DNA of 64,000 nt from Eledone cirrhosa. Its lineage: Eukaryota. Made by a program: the position numbers and the translations under genes. Under the pieces are notes generated by a model. That model was not told the origin of the DNA. It saw nothing but the letters and a program-made list of their open reading frames with translations, and made no database searches. The number at the start of each line of letters is the position of its first letter. Within the stretch, counting starts at the first letter, position 1. The stretch covers positions 217,744,001-217,808,000 of the forward strand of contig OZ024743.1 in assembly GCA_964016885.1 (NCBI GenBank), read 5' to 3'. Shown here piece after piece: positions 1-14,845 of the stretch.

Positions 1-1340
1 GTAGACAGTGTTACTAGAGAGGCATTTCCCGCATAGGGGGCAGTCAACCCGATTCCTACAAATACTGTTAGTACTAGCTACAGGGTTGCTGTGATGTTAT
101 GTGCAAGGTTAGGAGTGGCAGAGTGAGAAATTTTAATGGTATTTCTATTTTAAATGTTACTATATTTATGTGCTGGGGGTAAATGCTTCATAATAAGGGA
201 GAGAAAGATCTTAGCTAATAGTGTGGCCACCTTCATATTATATGGTGGGTTATACCATATAATGCGTCGGGATCTATTTTTCCTAGGTCTATTCTCGTAC
301 TCTGTATAAGCTACGTCATTGACAAATCCACTCTGATCAAGAGCTTCATTGTAATATGTGGAATGGTCGTTGAAAATATGCTCGTTTGTATATAGACGGG
401 AAAGCCTCAAAGAAAAGTTTCTTGCCAGGTTCTTGGTTATGCTGGCAGGATGGTTAGAATGGTTACTTATGTAATTAAGCGTATCATTCGGCTTTCTATA
501 CGGGTAGTACAAGCCATTCGACAAATTGAGGGTAACGTCGAGGTAATTAACGACCCAGAGGTTGGCCTCAACCTGTATTGAGAGGTTGAAGCCTTTAAAG
601 AATGCTGTGAGTTCTTTTCTGAACCTATCGCAAGCACGTGGGCCGCACTTTGTCATAGTCTAAAGACCGTCATCAAGGTACAAACCTCCGCCCACGTTGG
701 GGAATTCTCCCTTGATAGAGAAAAGGAAAAGGCCGATAAGATCACTAACCTCCGCAGAAGCGCTGGCGCCCATACTCACGTCGAATGGGGTACTATTAGA
801 TTTTTTAATCAAAATAGAGTCGTCGAAATTAATCACCGACGTCCGGGCATTGAGGATGACATCAACTTCGAAATCCTTAACCACAGTGAGTGTTTTAGCG
901 AAAGAAGAAGTGGTAAAGTGATGGAGGAGTAGTAATTATTGATGTCGAATTTGATAAAACGGCAATGTTCCTTGTTGCATATGCTGTTGAACCAATCAAT
1001 CCCCGCGAAAGAATTGTTCCACAGTGCAAGAGGGGCCAAACTTCTAATTCCAGGTGTAATTCTATCTAAAATCCTTTTATTAAGTCTACCTAAATCGGAT
1101 TTCGTAGGGTTAATAAGCCGAATAGAGGGGTTGTTCGGGAAATTGGATTTGTGATCCTTTAGGGTAAAATGGGGAGAAATAGGATCCATAGATTCAGGCC
1201 GGTCCAGGATGTTGAGATCAGAGGTGATTTTAAACCCAGCATCGTTGATTTCATTAATGACGCTCCGGTTAGTTTTACGGTAATCCTTAGTTACAGCATT
1301 ATGTAGCAGTTGGTGGTAAGTACTGAGCTCCACTTGATAA
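1..1340 (-). pseudogene. Penelope-like element RT, decayed and frameshifted (Hydra-clade-like); runs off the window edge
   Basis: ORFs 833..1402, 660..884 and 150..656 give TLKDHKSNFPNNPSIRLINPTKSDLG, FIKFDINNYYSSI, DVSMGA..SAEVSDLIGL, GGGLYLDDGL, NYLDVTLNL, YPYRKPND, SNHP and IIWYNPPY. Bases 1-60 on the minus strand read CRNRVDCPLCGKC (Cx5Cx5C linker before GIY-YIG). Homologous to 44285-46928. Confidence 0.88.
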
Positions 1341-1554
1341 TACTCCCACACACATAACACCCATACACACACATAACAACCCCCACCCCCTGACACACAC
1401 ACCTCCCTCCCCCATTTCTACTAATAGAATCACTTTCCTACACACATATATACACACACACAAAATATATATATTCTCTCCATCTTAACATACTCCCCCC
1501 CCCCCACATACACACACAACTCCCTCCCCCATTTCTTCCAATACACACACACAA

Positions 1555-1587
<33 letters not shown>

Positions 1588-2180
1588 AGCACACAAATAA
1601 ACATACACATATTTCTTTACTTTCTTTACTTCAATAGAAAATCTGAATTCTGACATCCCAACGAACTAACCATATTCACTGAACCAGAACAATTCTCCCA
1701 TCCCATTTCTCTTGACCATTATCTTTTGCTTGTCATAAAATTCTCTAAAAAGGCTAAAGAATAGATTTCCAAATAAGGGCGCGAAAATTTAATGAAAACT
1801 TGTTCACGTGACAGCCGTAATTTCATTTATAACCAATCAAATTACGTTTATTAAAAAAAAGCCTTCGTGAGCCCCCTTTTTTTAAAGTAAAAAGAAATTC
1901 AAACACTCATACATGAAAACACAACCTGTGCCCCCTCCCCCCTTGTTTGAAGAACTTTGTAACGCAAACTGGCGCGAAATTTATTTTAATTATTGACCAA
2001 CCAATCAAATTACTTCTCTAAAAAACTGGCATTTCGAGCCACTTTTTTCCATATAAAACAAGTAACATTCGGAGACCAACCAGATGTGAGAAAAACCACA
2101 GACGCTCCATCTCAACTCTACTTTTGAAAAGCAGAAGAACTGCGAAACCGGTAAAGCAACGAAATAAATATATATATTTT
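1340..2180 (+). mobile_element. 3' UTR/pLTR of a Neptune/Nematis-like PLE (same family as 34810-35750, opposite orientation)
   Basis: Reverse-complement match over about 800 bp to 34810-35750, e.g. ttcaatagaaaatctgaa, aaataagggcgc, gcagaagaactgcgaaaccggta. Ends in a (TA)-rich tract. Confidence 0.85.
2121..2156 (+). ncRNA. Minimal type-I hammerhead ribozyme, family A (UUGAAAA core)
   Basis: ctt-TTGAAAA-gcag aagaa ctgc-GAAA-ccgg-TA-aag: stem I ctt/aag, perfect 4-bp stem II, palindromic stem III ACCGGT. Confidence 0.7.
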
Positions 2181-2239
2181 TGTTAAGATAAGACTACAGT
2201 TGCATTTTCGATTTCATCTATTTTAGTTTATATATATAT

Positions 2240-2390
2240 TGCTGGTACTCATTTTCAGCTGAGCATACTGGCGCAACGTGAAATGAGGTGTTTTGCTCAA
2301 GAACACAACAATCAACCCTCCCTGGAATTGAACGCACGGCGTTATGATCATATGTCTATCACCCTTACCACTAGGCTACAAGCCTCCACT
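2240..2390 (-). mobile_element. Old tRNA-derived SINE (CORE-like), degenerate
   Basis: aaatgaggtgttttgctcaagaacacaac (CORE-like box), ggaattgaac (B-box complement), accactaggcta (A-box complement). Confidence 0.6.
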
Positions 2391-2511
2391 GCAACAGAGC
2401 AGATGTCACTAAAGTCATCTAAATGACAGGTGGTTGTGTGAAACCGGATGAGCTGTCTCTATATGTGTCACATCTTTCAATACATAAAGAATAGCATTAT
2501 TTCAAAAGCCA

Positions 2512-2656
2512 CGCTTTACAGCATAGTTATGGCCCTTTACTTCTGATTTCAAATCTCGCCGAGGTTAATTTTGCCGTTCATCCATACGCTGTCGATAAAG
2601 TAAAGTACCAGTAATGCACTGGGATAATTGCTGGCCTTGTGCCAAAAGTAGAAAAA
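2512..2656 (+). mobile_element. tRNA-derived SINE (Nin/Deu-like central domain), 5'-truncated, with 16-bp TSD
   Basis: Matches the 46581-46766 copy. Direct repeat attatttcaaaagcca at 2496-2511 and 2657-2672. Confidence 0.85.
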
Positions 2657-3737
2657 ATTATTTCAAAAGCCATATATTTTGTAACAACTATAGAGCAGTA
2701 CGCACTGGAAAATTATGTATCAGAATATTTCTATTAATTTATATATATTGAAAAGAAATATATATTCTCAACAGTTATGTAAATTAACGCTGTGTAAAAG
2801 TATTGTCTAGATTATAGGAACTCAATGATATCATCTGCTAGTTAAACTAACTCAAACGGCTCTTACATCATAGATCGATACCTTCGATAACAAGTAATAT
2901 ATTTCTAAATTAAAGAGCTAAACTCTATGGAACTTAACTCTAATACAATATATCTTCTCGTTATAAAGCTATCTTGTCGTGCAGAATGAAATCGTAAAGT
3001 TATTGTTAAAAATAAATACGCTTTGTGTGGTCATTTTCAATGACATTATAATCTCGAATTTAGATTACGGTACATTACTTCTAAATATTTAATCTCTGAG
3101 TACTTGGTTCATTCTCATTACTTAATATTTCATATGGCAAATGTTGGGCAGTAAATGTGGTTTCTCAAATGCTTGGTACAAATTTTCCATTTGCCAACCA
3201 ATTAATGTGCTTTTATGTTTATCTGTTCTATAAAGTTTTATTGTAAAGAAATCTGTCACACGAAGTACATTTCTCATCATAATGACCACTACCAATGTCA
3301 CCATGAATATGAACACAATCAACACCACTACTATAAATAATATAAACTCTTATTCATTTAAAGCTGGAAGACAGTCTTTCATACTATGCTGCTATTAATT
3401 ATCCAGGATGGAGAATGATGTCCAAGTGTATATGTCTGTTTGTGTACAACAGAAATTCATTTGGTGATGCTTCATACAGTTTGTCAGGTTCTATATTGCA
3501 TTTTTCTTTTACACAACGTCCTCGTAATTTGAATCTGTACTGCTAGCTAGCTTCATAATAAAAATATAATTTGCCATTGATATATTCTGTATGTTTTTGA
3601 CATATTGTAATACAAGAGTACACTAAGAGTACAGTGTCCGCTAATGTAGAAAGAAACAAGATTCATATTTTTAAACTAAATTATTTTCATCACAATTTAA
3701 CGAGTTCAGGTCTTTAATAATTAATAGATTTCCTAAA

Positions 3738-3915
3738 AGGCGGCGAATTGGCTTTTATTAGAACGTAGGATAGAATGTTTAGCAGTATCCTTTCCAACGC
3801 TCTGCTCTCTAAGTTCAAATTCTGCCGAGGTCAACTTGGGCTTTAATCCATTTGAGGTCACTAAAAAAAAAGTACCAGTCAAGTACTGGTGTCGATTCTT
3901 CTCCTACATCTCCTT
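3738..3915 (+). mobile_element. tRNA-derived SINE, older copy
   Basis: aaggcggcgaattggc ... aagttcaaattctgccgaggtcaac ... agtaccagtcaagtactgg. Confidence 0.75.
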
Positions 3916-4028
3916 CTGACTTCTATTATTCTCTCTTATTCTATACTTCTCTAGAAGAAATCTGTTGTATTCAGACTTGGAGAGGAAATGGGCTCCACCT
4001 AGTGTTAAAAATGCTCCCCTAGAAAAGC

Positions 4029-4089
4029 CAGAGAGAGAAAGAGAGATAGAGAGGGGAGACAGAGAGAGAGAGAGAGAGGGGGGAGGCAC

Positions 4090-4167
<78 letters not shown>
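4029..4167. repeat. (GA)n microsatellite
   Basis: Direct inspection. Confidence 0.95.
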
Positions 4168-4170
<3 letters not shown>

Positions 4171-6040
4171 CCTAACAGAACTAATATGTAAAATATACCA
4201 CTAAAAACCAATAAGATCCTTTCATTGAATTGTATTGTATACAAAAAGTGCATTTAAACTTTCATTCGCTGTATAAATATCATGAAGTCGTCATAGAGTT
4301 ATTTAGTTCGAATACTTTTAAGTGAATCCTTAACCTTTAAACATTAAATTAGATGAACTCCCGAAGTCGTTATCTCAAAATAAGGTCAAATATATGTCAC
4401 TGAAATCATATCTATCTTTACTTGGAATTATAAACGTGCTAGCTGTCCACCATTTTCTTCTAAATTTAAAGAAATCACGCACAAGTGTTCACGTGAATAG
4501 ACACTAATACTCTACTTCGAATGATAGTCTGTACTTGAATGGTTATTCATACTTGATTGAAAAATGATAGGCATTACATGTTTAGTTATATATATATATT
4601 TTCATCGTCAGAAATAATAGTGAAGGTATAATGGTGAAAACTATTATCACATCATCGTATATCTCTGCACTGACATATATATGTGTGTATGTTGTTAATT
4701 TTGTATGTACGTATATAAATAAGTATTTCTATTTGTGTGCAACGTTATTCTTGACTCTAGGTGTCTGTTGTATTCTGTACATGTTTTACAACTACTCAAC
4801 TGTTACTGATTCTTAGAATAGACCTAATGTTCTCACAGATTCCAATTTTGCACCCAGCCAAAGGCGACAATTACCATCAGAGGTAGTTTAGAAACTTAGT
4901 GTTCTCTTTAGATCTTCAAGTCTTTGTTCTTACTCAAATTCACTTTCTATTTTTTCTTTCGTAAATATAATTTTACGAGGTTTTTATTTATATACAACTA
5001 CACAAAGATGTGTCTATATTCTAATGGTGAGGTTGTAGAGATATAATGGAAAGAGCATAATTTATAGGTGTGTGCACGAATGTATTTAGGTATATCTTAC
5101 ATATTATATATGTGTGAATGGCTTGGCTAAGTGAGTGTTCATTTCTAATTACCATACGTGTATCTCTGCTTATTGCGTCTGTTTGGAAATATGGTTTGTG
5201 CATGCATGACAATATAACTATGTATTTGTGTAGGTGCAATTATATATATATATATGTTTGTATGTATTTATGTGTGTATGTATGTATGTATGTATGTATG
5301 TATGTGTATATATATATATATTTATATATACATGGTGGGTGCATTTGTGTGTGTGTGCATGTTTGCGAGAATTTGCTTGCATGTGAACCACACGTATGTT
5401 TACATGTTTTAATACTTTGATATACATTTCTCGTAGCTAAATGAGAATGTCTCTTACGTGGTTGCTTACTTATGAATAAACATGCGTGTGAATGTGTAAA
5501 CATGTTTCAACATGTTTTCATTCTATTAGTGATCGTAATTAGTAAATATGTATAGATCATCTCGAGGAAGAATAAACTGATGCATCGATATAGATCTGCG
5601 TACAAATGTTTTTAAAATGCGGCAAACTACAGGTAGACGTAATGCAGTTACTGTGAGTTTTATGCTTAACTTTCTTTATATTTCTGACTTTGTAAGAAGC
5701 TCATTAAATGTAGGATATCAGAGGGGGAATCAATATTAAGAAAAGAAAGAGTGACTTCATCACAAATTCAATATGTTTATTTCAAACGTCATATCCGTTC
5801 TGTGTAATTCAAAGGCAACAATAGATTGTTATAAACCGATGCGTTGTCGTCAGACATGTGTTTAAGTGTAAATAAAAATAGATTTTGTTTTCACTGCCAT
5901 CCAAAGGATATTTCAGTATCAAACAACTATCTGACGATATTGCAGTCAATAACTATCACATAACGACAAGATGATGCTTCTGAAATGTACATAATTTGTA
6001 TTCTGATGCTGAATATGCGATACGATGTCTCTTCCTTTTC

Positions 6041-6071
<31 letters not shown>

Positions 6072-6186
6072 GGTTCACGGTGGAATGATAAGCGTATTCA
6101 ATACCGAAGTAGAATATAAATATTCATTTTATTATGGCTAAATAGTGTGTCTTGTTACTCTGGTGTATCACCTGTTTGTTACAGTG

Positions 6187-6220
<34 letters not shown>

Positions 6221-6226
<6 letters not shown>

Positions 6227-6520
6227 TATGAAGAGAGAAGAAACATTTAGATATAATTAGTAATAAAATGTATCATACCTAAACTGTTCCTAAATTCCTC
6301 GACTACGTAGTTTCGTGGCATAAACAAAAACAATATATCAAAGATATAGAGTCCTTGCGAGGTCTGCCGACTTATCAAGAGGATACCTCATTTTACTAGT
6401 CTCAAGAACGCGTCTACACGACGTGAGAAAGAATCCCAAAAGGCGGAGGGGGAGATAGTCACGCGATATAACGGTCGAGAAACAGAGCTAAGCCTCTTAT
6501 AACCACGAAGAAAATACCAC
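6221..6520 (-). mobile_element. PLE-type pLTR/non-autonomous repeat family B (second copy about 17765-17998)
   Basis: Colinear similarity with 17765-17998 (tacattat..agaagaaacattt, tttcgtggc, cttatcaagag, cgtgaga, aaggcggag). Abuts (TA)n and carries a hammerhead. Confidence 0.75.
6295..6384 (-). ncRNA. Type-I hammerhead ribozyme, family B (UUGAUAA core, long stem-II insert)
   Basis: Minus strand: tcctc-TTGATAA-gtcggca..[about 45 nt]..tgccac-GAAA-ctacgtag-TC-gagga. Confidence 0.75.
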
Positions 6521-6586
6521 GGAGCCGTTAATATGCATAAGGAAAGTATATACTTTCAGACGTTCAATCATCTGGCAGGAAGGTAT

Positions 6587-6629
6587 ACGGTGCTGACTAT
6601 AGCTAATAAGCTTGAAACTAGTACATCGT
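6587..6629 (+). ncRNA. Hammerhead family C, core mutated (CUGACUA)
   Basis: acggtg-CTGACTA-tagct aata agctt-GAAA-ctag-TA-catcgt. Identical copy at 8084-8126. Confidence 0.6.
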
Positions 6630-6893
6630 TCCTTTGTCAGTGTTGAACAAAAGGGCAACGATGGTTGCTAAACACTGTACGCCTTAATTCGGGATGTTTG
6701 TTTACAAACACACCGAGCATTATAATAAATGTTCGGTAAATCCATACGTACATATATATATATGTGTGCATGTATGTATATATATACATACTATTGTACG
6801 TATGTATACATATATTGTATGTATGTGTACATACTTATATTTAAGTAAAAGCCGTACTAAGAGTGAGGAATGAAATTTCGTTTCATTTTTTCC

Positions 6894-6959
<66 letters not shown>

Positions 6960-7394
6960 CATACACTGATATATGTACATATAAGTATATAGATGGGTTT
7001 GTATATATATATATATATATATATGCGCACGCGCGTGTGTGTGCGTGTTTTAGTCATGTATTACCCAATCTCTTTACTTCGCTAACATTATATAATTTCA
7101 CAAATTATTGTAAATGCAGATGTATATTTCATATTTTACAATATAAACAGTCCCCCTTTTTATATTACATTTGTTTATATATTAAAGTAACACTTGCTCA
7201 TAACTTTACTAGTTATTCCCTTTCGTGTCCCATTTGTCTTGCTAAAGCTTTCCCAAAGTGAATGAATTTTCTCAGAATAAGATGTATACTTACTTTCACA
7301 CATACATACGTACGTACATAAATACATATACAGACACACATACGCTCACTCACTCACACACATACACACAGACTAACAAACACACACTCACACT

Positions 7395-7433
<39 letters not shown>

Positions 7434-8083
7434 ACGTACATACATATATGTATACAGACATATGTGTGAATGTATGTATATATATACATACATTCACACA
7501 TATATATATATGTACGTATGGATTTACCGAACATTTATTATAATGCTCGGATTCTTTGTAAACAAACAAACATCCCGAATTAAGCCGTACAGTGTTTAGC
7601 AACCATCGTTTCCCTTTTGTTCACGTCTGAAAGTATATACTTTCCTTATGCATATTAACGGCTGAGCAGCCTAATTTGCATATCGAGTGAGTTAATCGAC
7701 CGGGCGCACCGAAAATGATAAACGGAAAAAATGAAACGAAATTTCATTTCTCACTCTTAGTACGGCTGTTACTTAATTATAAGTATGTAAACGTATATAC
7801 ATATATGTATACAGACGTACAGTAGTATGTATATATATATACATACATGCACACATATATATATATGTACGTATGGATTTACCGAACATTTATTATAATA
7901 CTCGGTGTGTTTGTAAACAAACATCCCGAATTAAGCCGTAGAGTGTTTAGCAACCATCGTTGCCCTTTTGTTCAACACTGACAAAGGAATGTTCAATCAT
8001 CTGGCAAATTAGGCTGCTCAGCCGTTAATATGCATAAGGAAAGTATATACTTTCAGACGTTCAATCATCTGGCAGGAAGGTAT

Positions 8084-8126
8084 ACGGTGCTGACTATAGC
8101 TAATAAGCTTGAAACTAGTACATCGT
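8084..8126 (+). ncRNA. Hammerhead family C, core mutated (CUGACUA)
   Basis: Same as 6587-6629. Confidence 0.6.
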
Positions 8127-8390
8127 TCCTTTGTCAGTGTTGAACAAAAGGACAACGATGGTTGCTAAACACTGTACGCCTTAATTCGGGATGTTTGTTT
8201 ACAAACACACCGAGCATTATAATAAATGTTCGGTAAATCCATACGTACATATATATATATGTGTGCATGTATGTATATATATACATACTATTGTACGTCT
8301 GTATACATATATTGTATGTATGTGTACATACTTATATTTAAGTAAAAGCCGTACTAAGAGTGAGGAATGAAATTTCGTTTCATTTTTTCC

Positions 8391-8476
<86 letters not shown>

Positions 8477-9132
8477 CATACACTGATATATGTACATATA
8501 AGTATATAGATGGGTTTGTATATATCTTAATTTATGTTTGTGTGAATTTATGTGGGCATGTTTAAGACACCCATCCAACTCAATTTATAACTTTCGATTA
8601 CAGAAAGTGAAATTATTGGTATTTATTTGCGTTTTTCAATTTCCATTGAAATTTCATTTTCCTTATTCTATTGTTTGAATTCTACTACTACAGATTCAAC
8701 AACATGAACAGTAGCAATAAAACAAGAACACCAACTACAACAATTATAATAGTAACAGAAGACAATTTCATAAATTTATGTGAATTCAATTACGAAATTT
8801 AACTGTAAATGGAAGAGAAAAAATACCAAAAATCACTCCTAAGTAGCAACATTTGCCAGAATCGCTATTGCTATGACAATCTGTTTTGCATACATGGAAG
8901 TTTACAATGTAAATGATGTAAATAAGAAGCAGATAAACCTATCAAACTCTCCCTTAGGGACACAAACCCGTATAATCACAAAAAACGTAAACAACTACGT
9001 CACTAACAGATACGTAGATGAATTTACAATCCACCATCCGCATACGCACTCACATATATATATATATATATGGGTGTGTAGACACATTCATACAAACACA
9101 TTCCATACATGCATACGTATGCCGCGTGTACG

Positions 9133-9220
<88 letters not shown>

Positions 9221-10046
9221 TCTGTGTGTGTGTTCGTGCGTTTCTTTTGTGTGTGTGTGCTTATGTATTTGTGTATGTTTATGTATATATCAAAGTGCGC
9301 ATGTGTGTGTGTCATGGGACTTAGGTTTGAGAGAATTAATCTTGGTAAATAGACACACAATATTTACTCACGCAGACTCGTATATATAAACCGTTAGACT
9401 GTACATATTTAGCAATTCTGCTATATAAAAAAAAAATGAACTAAATCACATGCTGATTATATACCAAGCTACAATAAAATATTGTATCTACAGAATCTAA
9501 AGATTACCTTTCCGCAATCACGAAGTGTTGACGTGTGCAAAACTGATTAACTAAGAATTATACGAGATTGACGTAATTATCTCCCCCTGATTCTACCTTC
9601 TAACGCATTCGTTGTACTTTCTATATATTTTACTGCTGATAGTATATATATATTATCGTGATTGTATTTGCTGTTTAATATTTTATTTCATTTCCTTTAT
9701 CTTAAATAATTATTCCTTTTTATTCCCTTTATTTCTAGGTTTTATATATTTTCCTTTCATTATCACTTTCATTCCCTTCTGTAACATTTCATTTCCAAAC
9801 ATATGCACACACACATACGATCGCACACACATACACGCACACAGATTTATATATATGTGTGTGTGTGTGTATGTGTGTGTGTGTGCGCATGGGTGTGTGT
9901 ATGTGTGTGTGTTTGGATGTTATATATATGCGTGTGTATGTCTGTATCAGTGTGTTTAGATGTTATATATATATATATATATATATGCCTGTGTATTACA
10001 CTCAACTACATACGCACACACACACACATGTATATATACGTACATA

Positions 10047-10077
<31 letters not shown>

Positions 10078-10569
10078 GTTTGTGTGTGTGTATCTGTATA
10101 GCTATATAATTTATACATACATTAAACATTCATTATTCTCGTCTATGATGTTTTCTAAGTTGTTGATATCTCATGTATTATTGTATTTGTTAGTTTATTT
10201 TTGATATACTAGTCTTCCTATCTTTCTTATTTGCTCCATCAATTTCCCACCCGCCTCCTCCACGACACTAAATAAACGTAATTGAAAAATTCTTACATTA
10301 GTTTTCAGAGTAAATGATTTTTCCTAGATCCGTTTTTTAAAAATCATTTCTTTCTAATGTGATTTTATTTAGTCTTTTCTCTATTTCTACATTATTTTTC
10401 TTCGTGTTATTTATATATTTATTCATTAAATACATTTATTTTTCATTAATTTTCCTCGTGTTGATTATTTTCCGTCTTGTTTTCTTTAAGACAAAGAAAA
10501 AGCAAAATGGAAGACATCTTTTGATATTTGATTCCGTATTATACTTTTTATATATTTATGTATGTATGC

Positions 10570-10651
<82 letters not shown>

Positions 10652-11076
10652 CACATATATATCATTAAATATATACATATATATATATATATATATATTT
10701 ATATATTTATATATATATATACATATATAAAGACAGATATATAATTAAATTATATATATATATATATATATTTATTTATTTTATAATCTCCTCTCACCGT
10801 CTATATATACCTATGAATTTTCCTCTTCTACAGTAATCACGTTTTCTATCTTGTTTTTGTCGTTGTTGTTGTCAATGTTGTTGATCTTCATTTCCTGCTC
10901 CACCTTCTTTTCTTCTTCATCATCATCATCATCATCCTCAACGTCATACTCATGATTATCAATTTCACCATCATCATTGTCAACCGCATCGTCAACATAA
11001 CCATCATCATCTTCTTCTCCTTCTCTCTCTCCTTCTTTTGCTACTATACCCTCCACCTTCTTTTCATCTTCCTTAT

Positions 11077-11552
<476 letters not shown>

Positions 11553-13234
11553 TGTTTTTTTTTTTGTCTTCCGTACGGCATTAGTATTTCTTATCTCTGT
11601 ATATATCCTGTAAGACTTGTATCGAATTATTCGTAAAAGAATATTTTTTATTTATTTTAGTTTTGTTTCTTTGTTTACATATTTACTTATATGTCTATCT
11701 TCTTTTCCTTCATGTTTTAAAACATTTGTATTTACTTTTCGTTTCGCTTTATTTATTTTTAATTATTCACCTTTTTTTTTAATATTATTCGTCTTCTCTG
11801 ATTATGTAGGAAATGTATATCTAAGTTACACTGTTCTTGTCACATGAGAACTGCAGGGAATCGCGAAAGAAAAAATGGCTGTGATCATGTCTCTGTTATA
11901 ATGCAATAGGAAAAAAATTGTGATGCTCCTGCTGTTGCTTCTGTTGCTGCTGGTGGTGATTAAATTAACCATAATGATAATGATAATAATGATAAGGATA
12001 AAGAATATATTGGTGATGAAGATGATAGTGATGATAGAGGTCTTAGCGAAGATTTTGATGATGTAAAATTCTGTTGTTGTTTTTAGTTTTTGTTGATGTT
12101 TGTTGTTGTTGGGTGGGGATTGTTTCGTGGTGGTTGTGATGATATCGATGACGATAATGAACATAATAGTCATAATAATGGTGGTTATAGGAGGAGAATG
12201 AGGATTTGAAACACTCTGACAACTAAGTCGAAAAAGTATCGAATATGGAGGATGAATACGAAAATAACATGGTCGATGTGGAGCATTAACAGATCGAAAA
12301 ATGAAATTCTGAAATAAACGTCTAGATGATTATGTGTATGAATAGAGAGTAACACGATAGTGTAACTACATTGAATAGATTGCAAAGAGATGAGTGAGAT
12401 ATCTGAAAATATTAAGCTATAACGAGATACTTATACATGTTGATATAATGTTTTCTCTATTTCCGTTTCCGAGCTGTATTTTGATCCATTCTTAGTAACA
12501 GTTTTCTCATAGGAAAACTGATAGGAAAAGTGCTACCAACCCATCGTTCCACCATTTCCATTTCTGCAGAAATGGAGGCTGTGACTCGTAAGTCCCCCGA
12601 GAGAAAGAGTGTGTAGACTCTACCTCAGTACATGCATAGTAATTTGTTTATCGATCCGATGTACAGGCCGACGCCCTGCCATAAATGCGTTAAATCTCAT
12701 TGAGAGAAACAATTATGTGAGCCGATTTCACGCCATAATTCCAGGTTTATGCCAGAGAACAGCGCCTATTCTATATTCCTTTCACGCCGAGAAAGATGCA
12801 CGAGTTCTCACCATTTGCTTTATACCCCACAGGTAGATGCCATTGAACTCGGGCACTAGAAAATCAATATGTTCCATCCGAGAGGTATAGTTATTCTTAT
12901 AATTTTCTAGAATATTCTTTTATCAAATTATTTTCTGCATATGAATGTCTTTTGCAGGTTTATCAAATATTATACATAACCAATATATATGAATATTCGT
13001 AAAATTGAAATATTCTCATCGCGAGGGGTAGCCGTAAACAGTTATACAGTAGATTCTTTTTTTTTGAGGGGGGGGGGGGTAATTTATAACATCAAATAGA
13101 GCGGAGAGTGGGAGAGAGACAGTCTAAAGTATGAAATGAGAAATGAGAAGGTTATGGAGAGAGAGGGGGTCGGGAAGAAGAGAAGAGGAGAAAAATGGGG
13201 ACGAAAACGATAGAACAGGACTTATGGAGAAATT

Positions 13235-13292
<58 letters not shown>

Positions 13293-13415
13293 ATGTGTGT
13301 GTGTGTGCGTGTGTGTTTGTGTGTGAGTGCGTGTGTGTGTGTGTCTGTGTTATATATATAATGTTATATTATATTATATTATATTATATTATATTATATT
13401 ATATTATATATATTG

Positions 13416-13598
13416 GGGCGGTGGATTGGCAGTATCGGTAGAAGATCGGACGCCATGCTTTGACGCATTGAGTTACAGCCCTTATGAGTTCAAATACCGC
13501 CGAGGTTAACTTTGCCTTTCATCCTTACGGGGTTGATTAAATAAAGTACCAGTAATGTACTGAGTAATTGCTGACCTTGTGCCGAAAGTAGAAACAAT
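13416..13598 (+). mobile_element. tRNA-derived SINE, full length
   Basis: A box tggcagtatcgg, B box gagttcaaatacc, central gcctttcatccttacggggttgattaaataaagtacc, tail gtagaaacaatt. Confidence 0.9.
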
Positions 13599-14390
13599 TT
13601 TATATATATATATAACAATTATATATATATATATAATAAATATGTATGTAGTAGTAGTAGTAGAATATATATATATATGTCAAATTAAAAGGTAGAGTTA
13701 AAAACTCACAATAATCCCCTATAATCTAGGGAACTCAGGAAAAAGAGACCGAGCTGAATATATATCACAGTATTGAGAGAAAGACACATAATAAATAATG
13801 CCAGGTAATAGAAGGTAAAATACCATCCTGGTAAAGCACATAAAAACTACGAATGGAGTGGTATATACAAATTGATTAAAAGAATAATCAAATTGTTAAT
13901 TAATTTATTTTCCCTCAGGCTGTGAAAAACAACTATTGATATGTTTCGGACAATTTAACCACATCAGCATTTGCATATTTTCTAAGCAAACATTTAAACA
14001 GATTTGGTCGCAAAAAAAATAGGTATAAATACATTTTGTTCTATATAGTTTTCATTAATATAGTATAATGTGCCATATGAAATAACTGAAATTAGTCTAA
14101 ATTAACCCTGACGCACTAAATGACTTACTCAAAGAAATTCTTATCCATTTTAAATTGTTCTCTTAGTTCCAGAATGAAAAATAAAAACAAATGTCTCTGT
14201 GTCTGTGACATTGTTTGCAAAAAGAGTGATCATTTCATAGGATTAAGAATTGATCTCTCAAATTTAATTAGCATGATCAGAAGAAAGACAATTGATTTCT
14301 TTTGCAGGCAAACGACAAATGTATACATACTTCCGTCACTTAGATATATACAGATTGATATATAACCAAGGCTGCTGATCACCAGACATA

Positions 14391-14583
14391 CGAGAGTCGG
14401 CTGAAATGTTCGTACGCTGACCCAGAAACTCTCATGACTAAATGAGGTTTATTTTTCAACATAGGCCCTGGAAAGAAACAATGCCGAAATTACTAGGAAG
14501 AATTGAAATTAATGCGTTCTTGATGTCACATATCAAGCATGACTCTTTCTTAGTCAGCTTATGAATTTTCCAGCCGGCCCTCG
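14391..14583. mobile_element. Tc1/mariner-type MITE with TA TSD
   Basis: ta-cgagagtcggctgaaatgttcgtacgctgac ... gtcagcttatgaattttccagccggccctcg-ta: imperfect TIRs of about 30 bp. Confidence 0.8.
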
Positions 14584-14845
14584 TACTTTCCTTTAGAGGA
14601 AAAATATGACAAATAAATTTGAACCAGTATTATGAAACGTATGTATTGAGACTCACTGTGGAATTAAGCGATTGTAGATTAATTTTCTCACTCTATTTTT
14701 GTTTGGTCTGGAACTAATATATCCAAAGCGCCCGTTTGGTATAGTGTGACTCGATTGATATTGGCTAATATTCCTTTCCTGTGCTCCTATTACCAAATAG
14801 TTGAAAACTGGGCAGAAAATATCAAGCATTATTAAGTTACGTCAA

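Larger units (their letters stand above)
6523..8395. mobile_element. Cluster of hammerhead-carrying repeat family C (+ copy 6523-6896, inverted tandem about 7500-7990, + copy about 8005-8395)
   Basis: Near-identical blocks agccgttaatatgcataagg...catttttccgttta. The reverse-complement run 7500-7990 joins the unit end to its start, showing a circularly permuted unit. Same family as 33876-34700. Confidence 0.9.

Noticed and set aside
12480-12870. Higher-complexity stretch; the minus strand reads PEFNGIYLWGIKQMV
   Set aside because: Only a faint resemblance to an IS630/Tc1 motif or an exon. Needs TBLASTX; unsupported by eye.
13416-13505. tRNA gene
   Set aside because: The A/B boxes belong to the SINE head and there is no cloverleaf.
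13930-13972. Minus-strand ctgatgt-gg..tcc-GAAA-catatc
   Set aside because: Core and stems are too degenerate.
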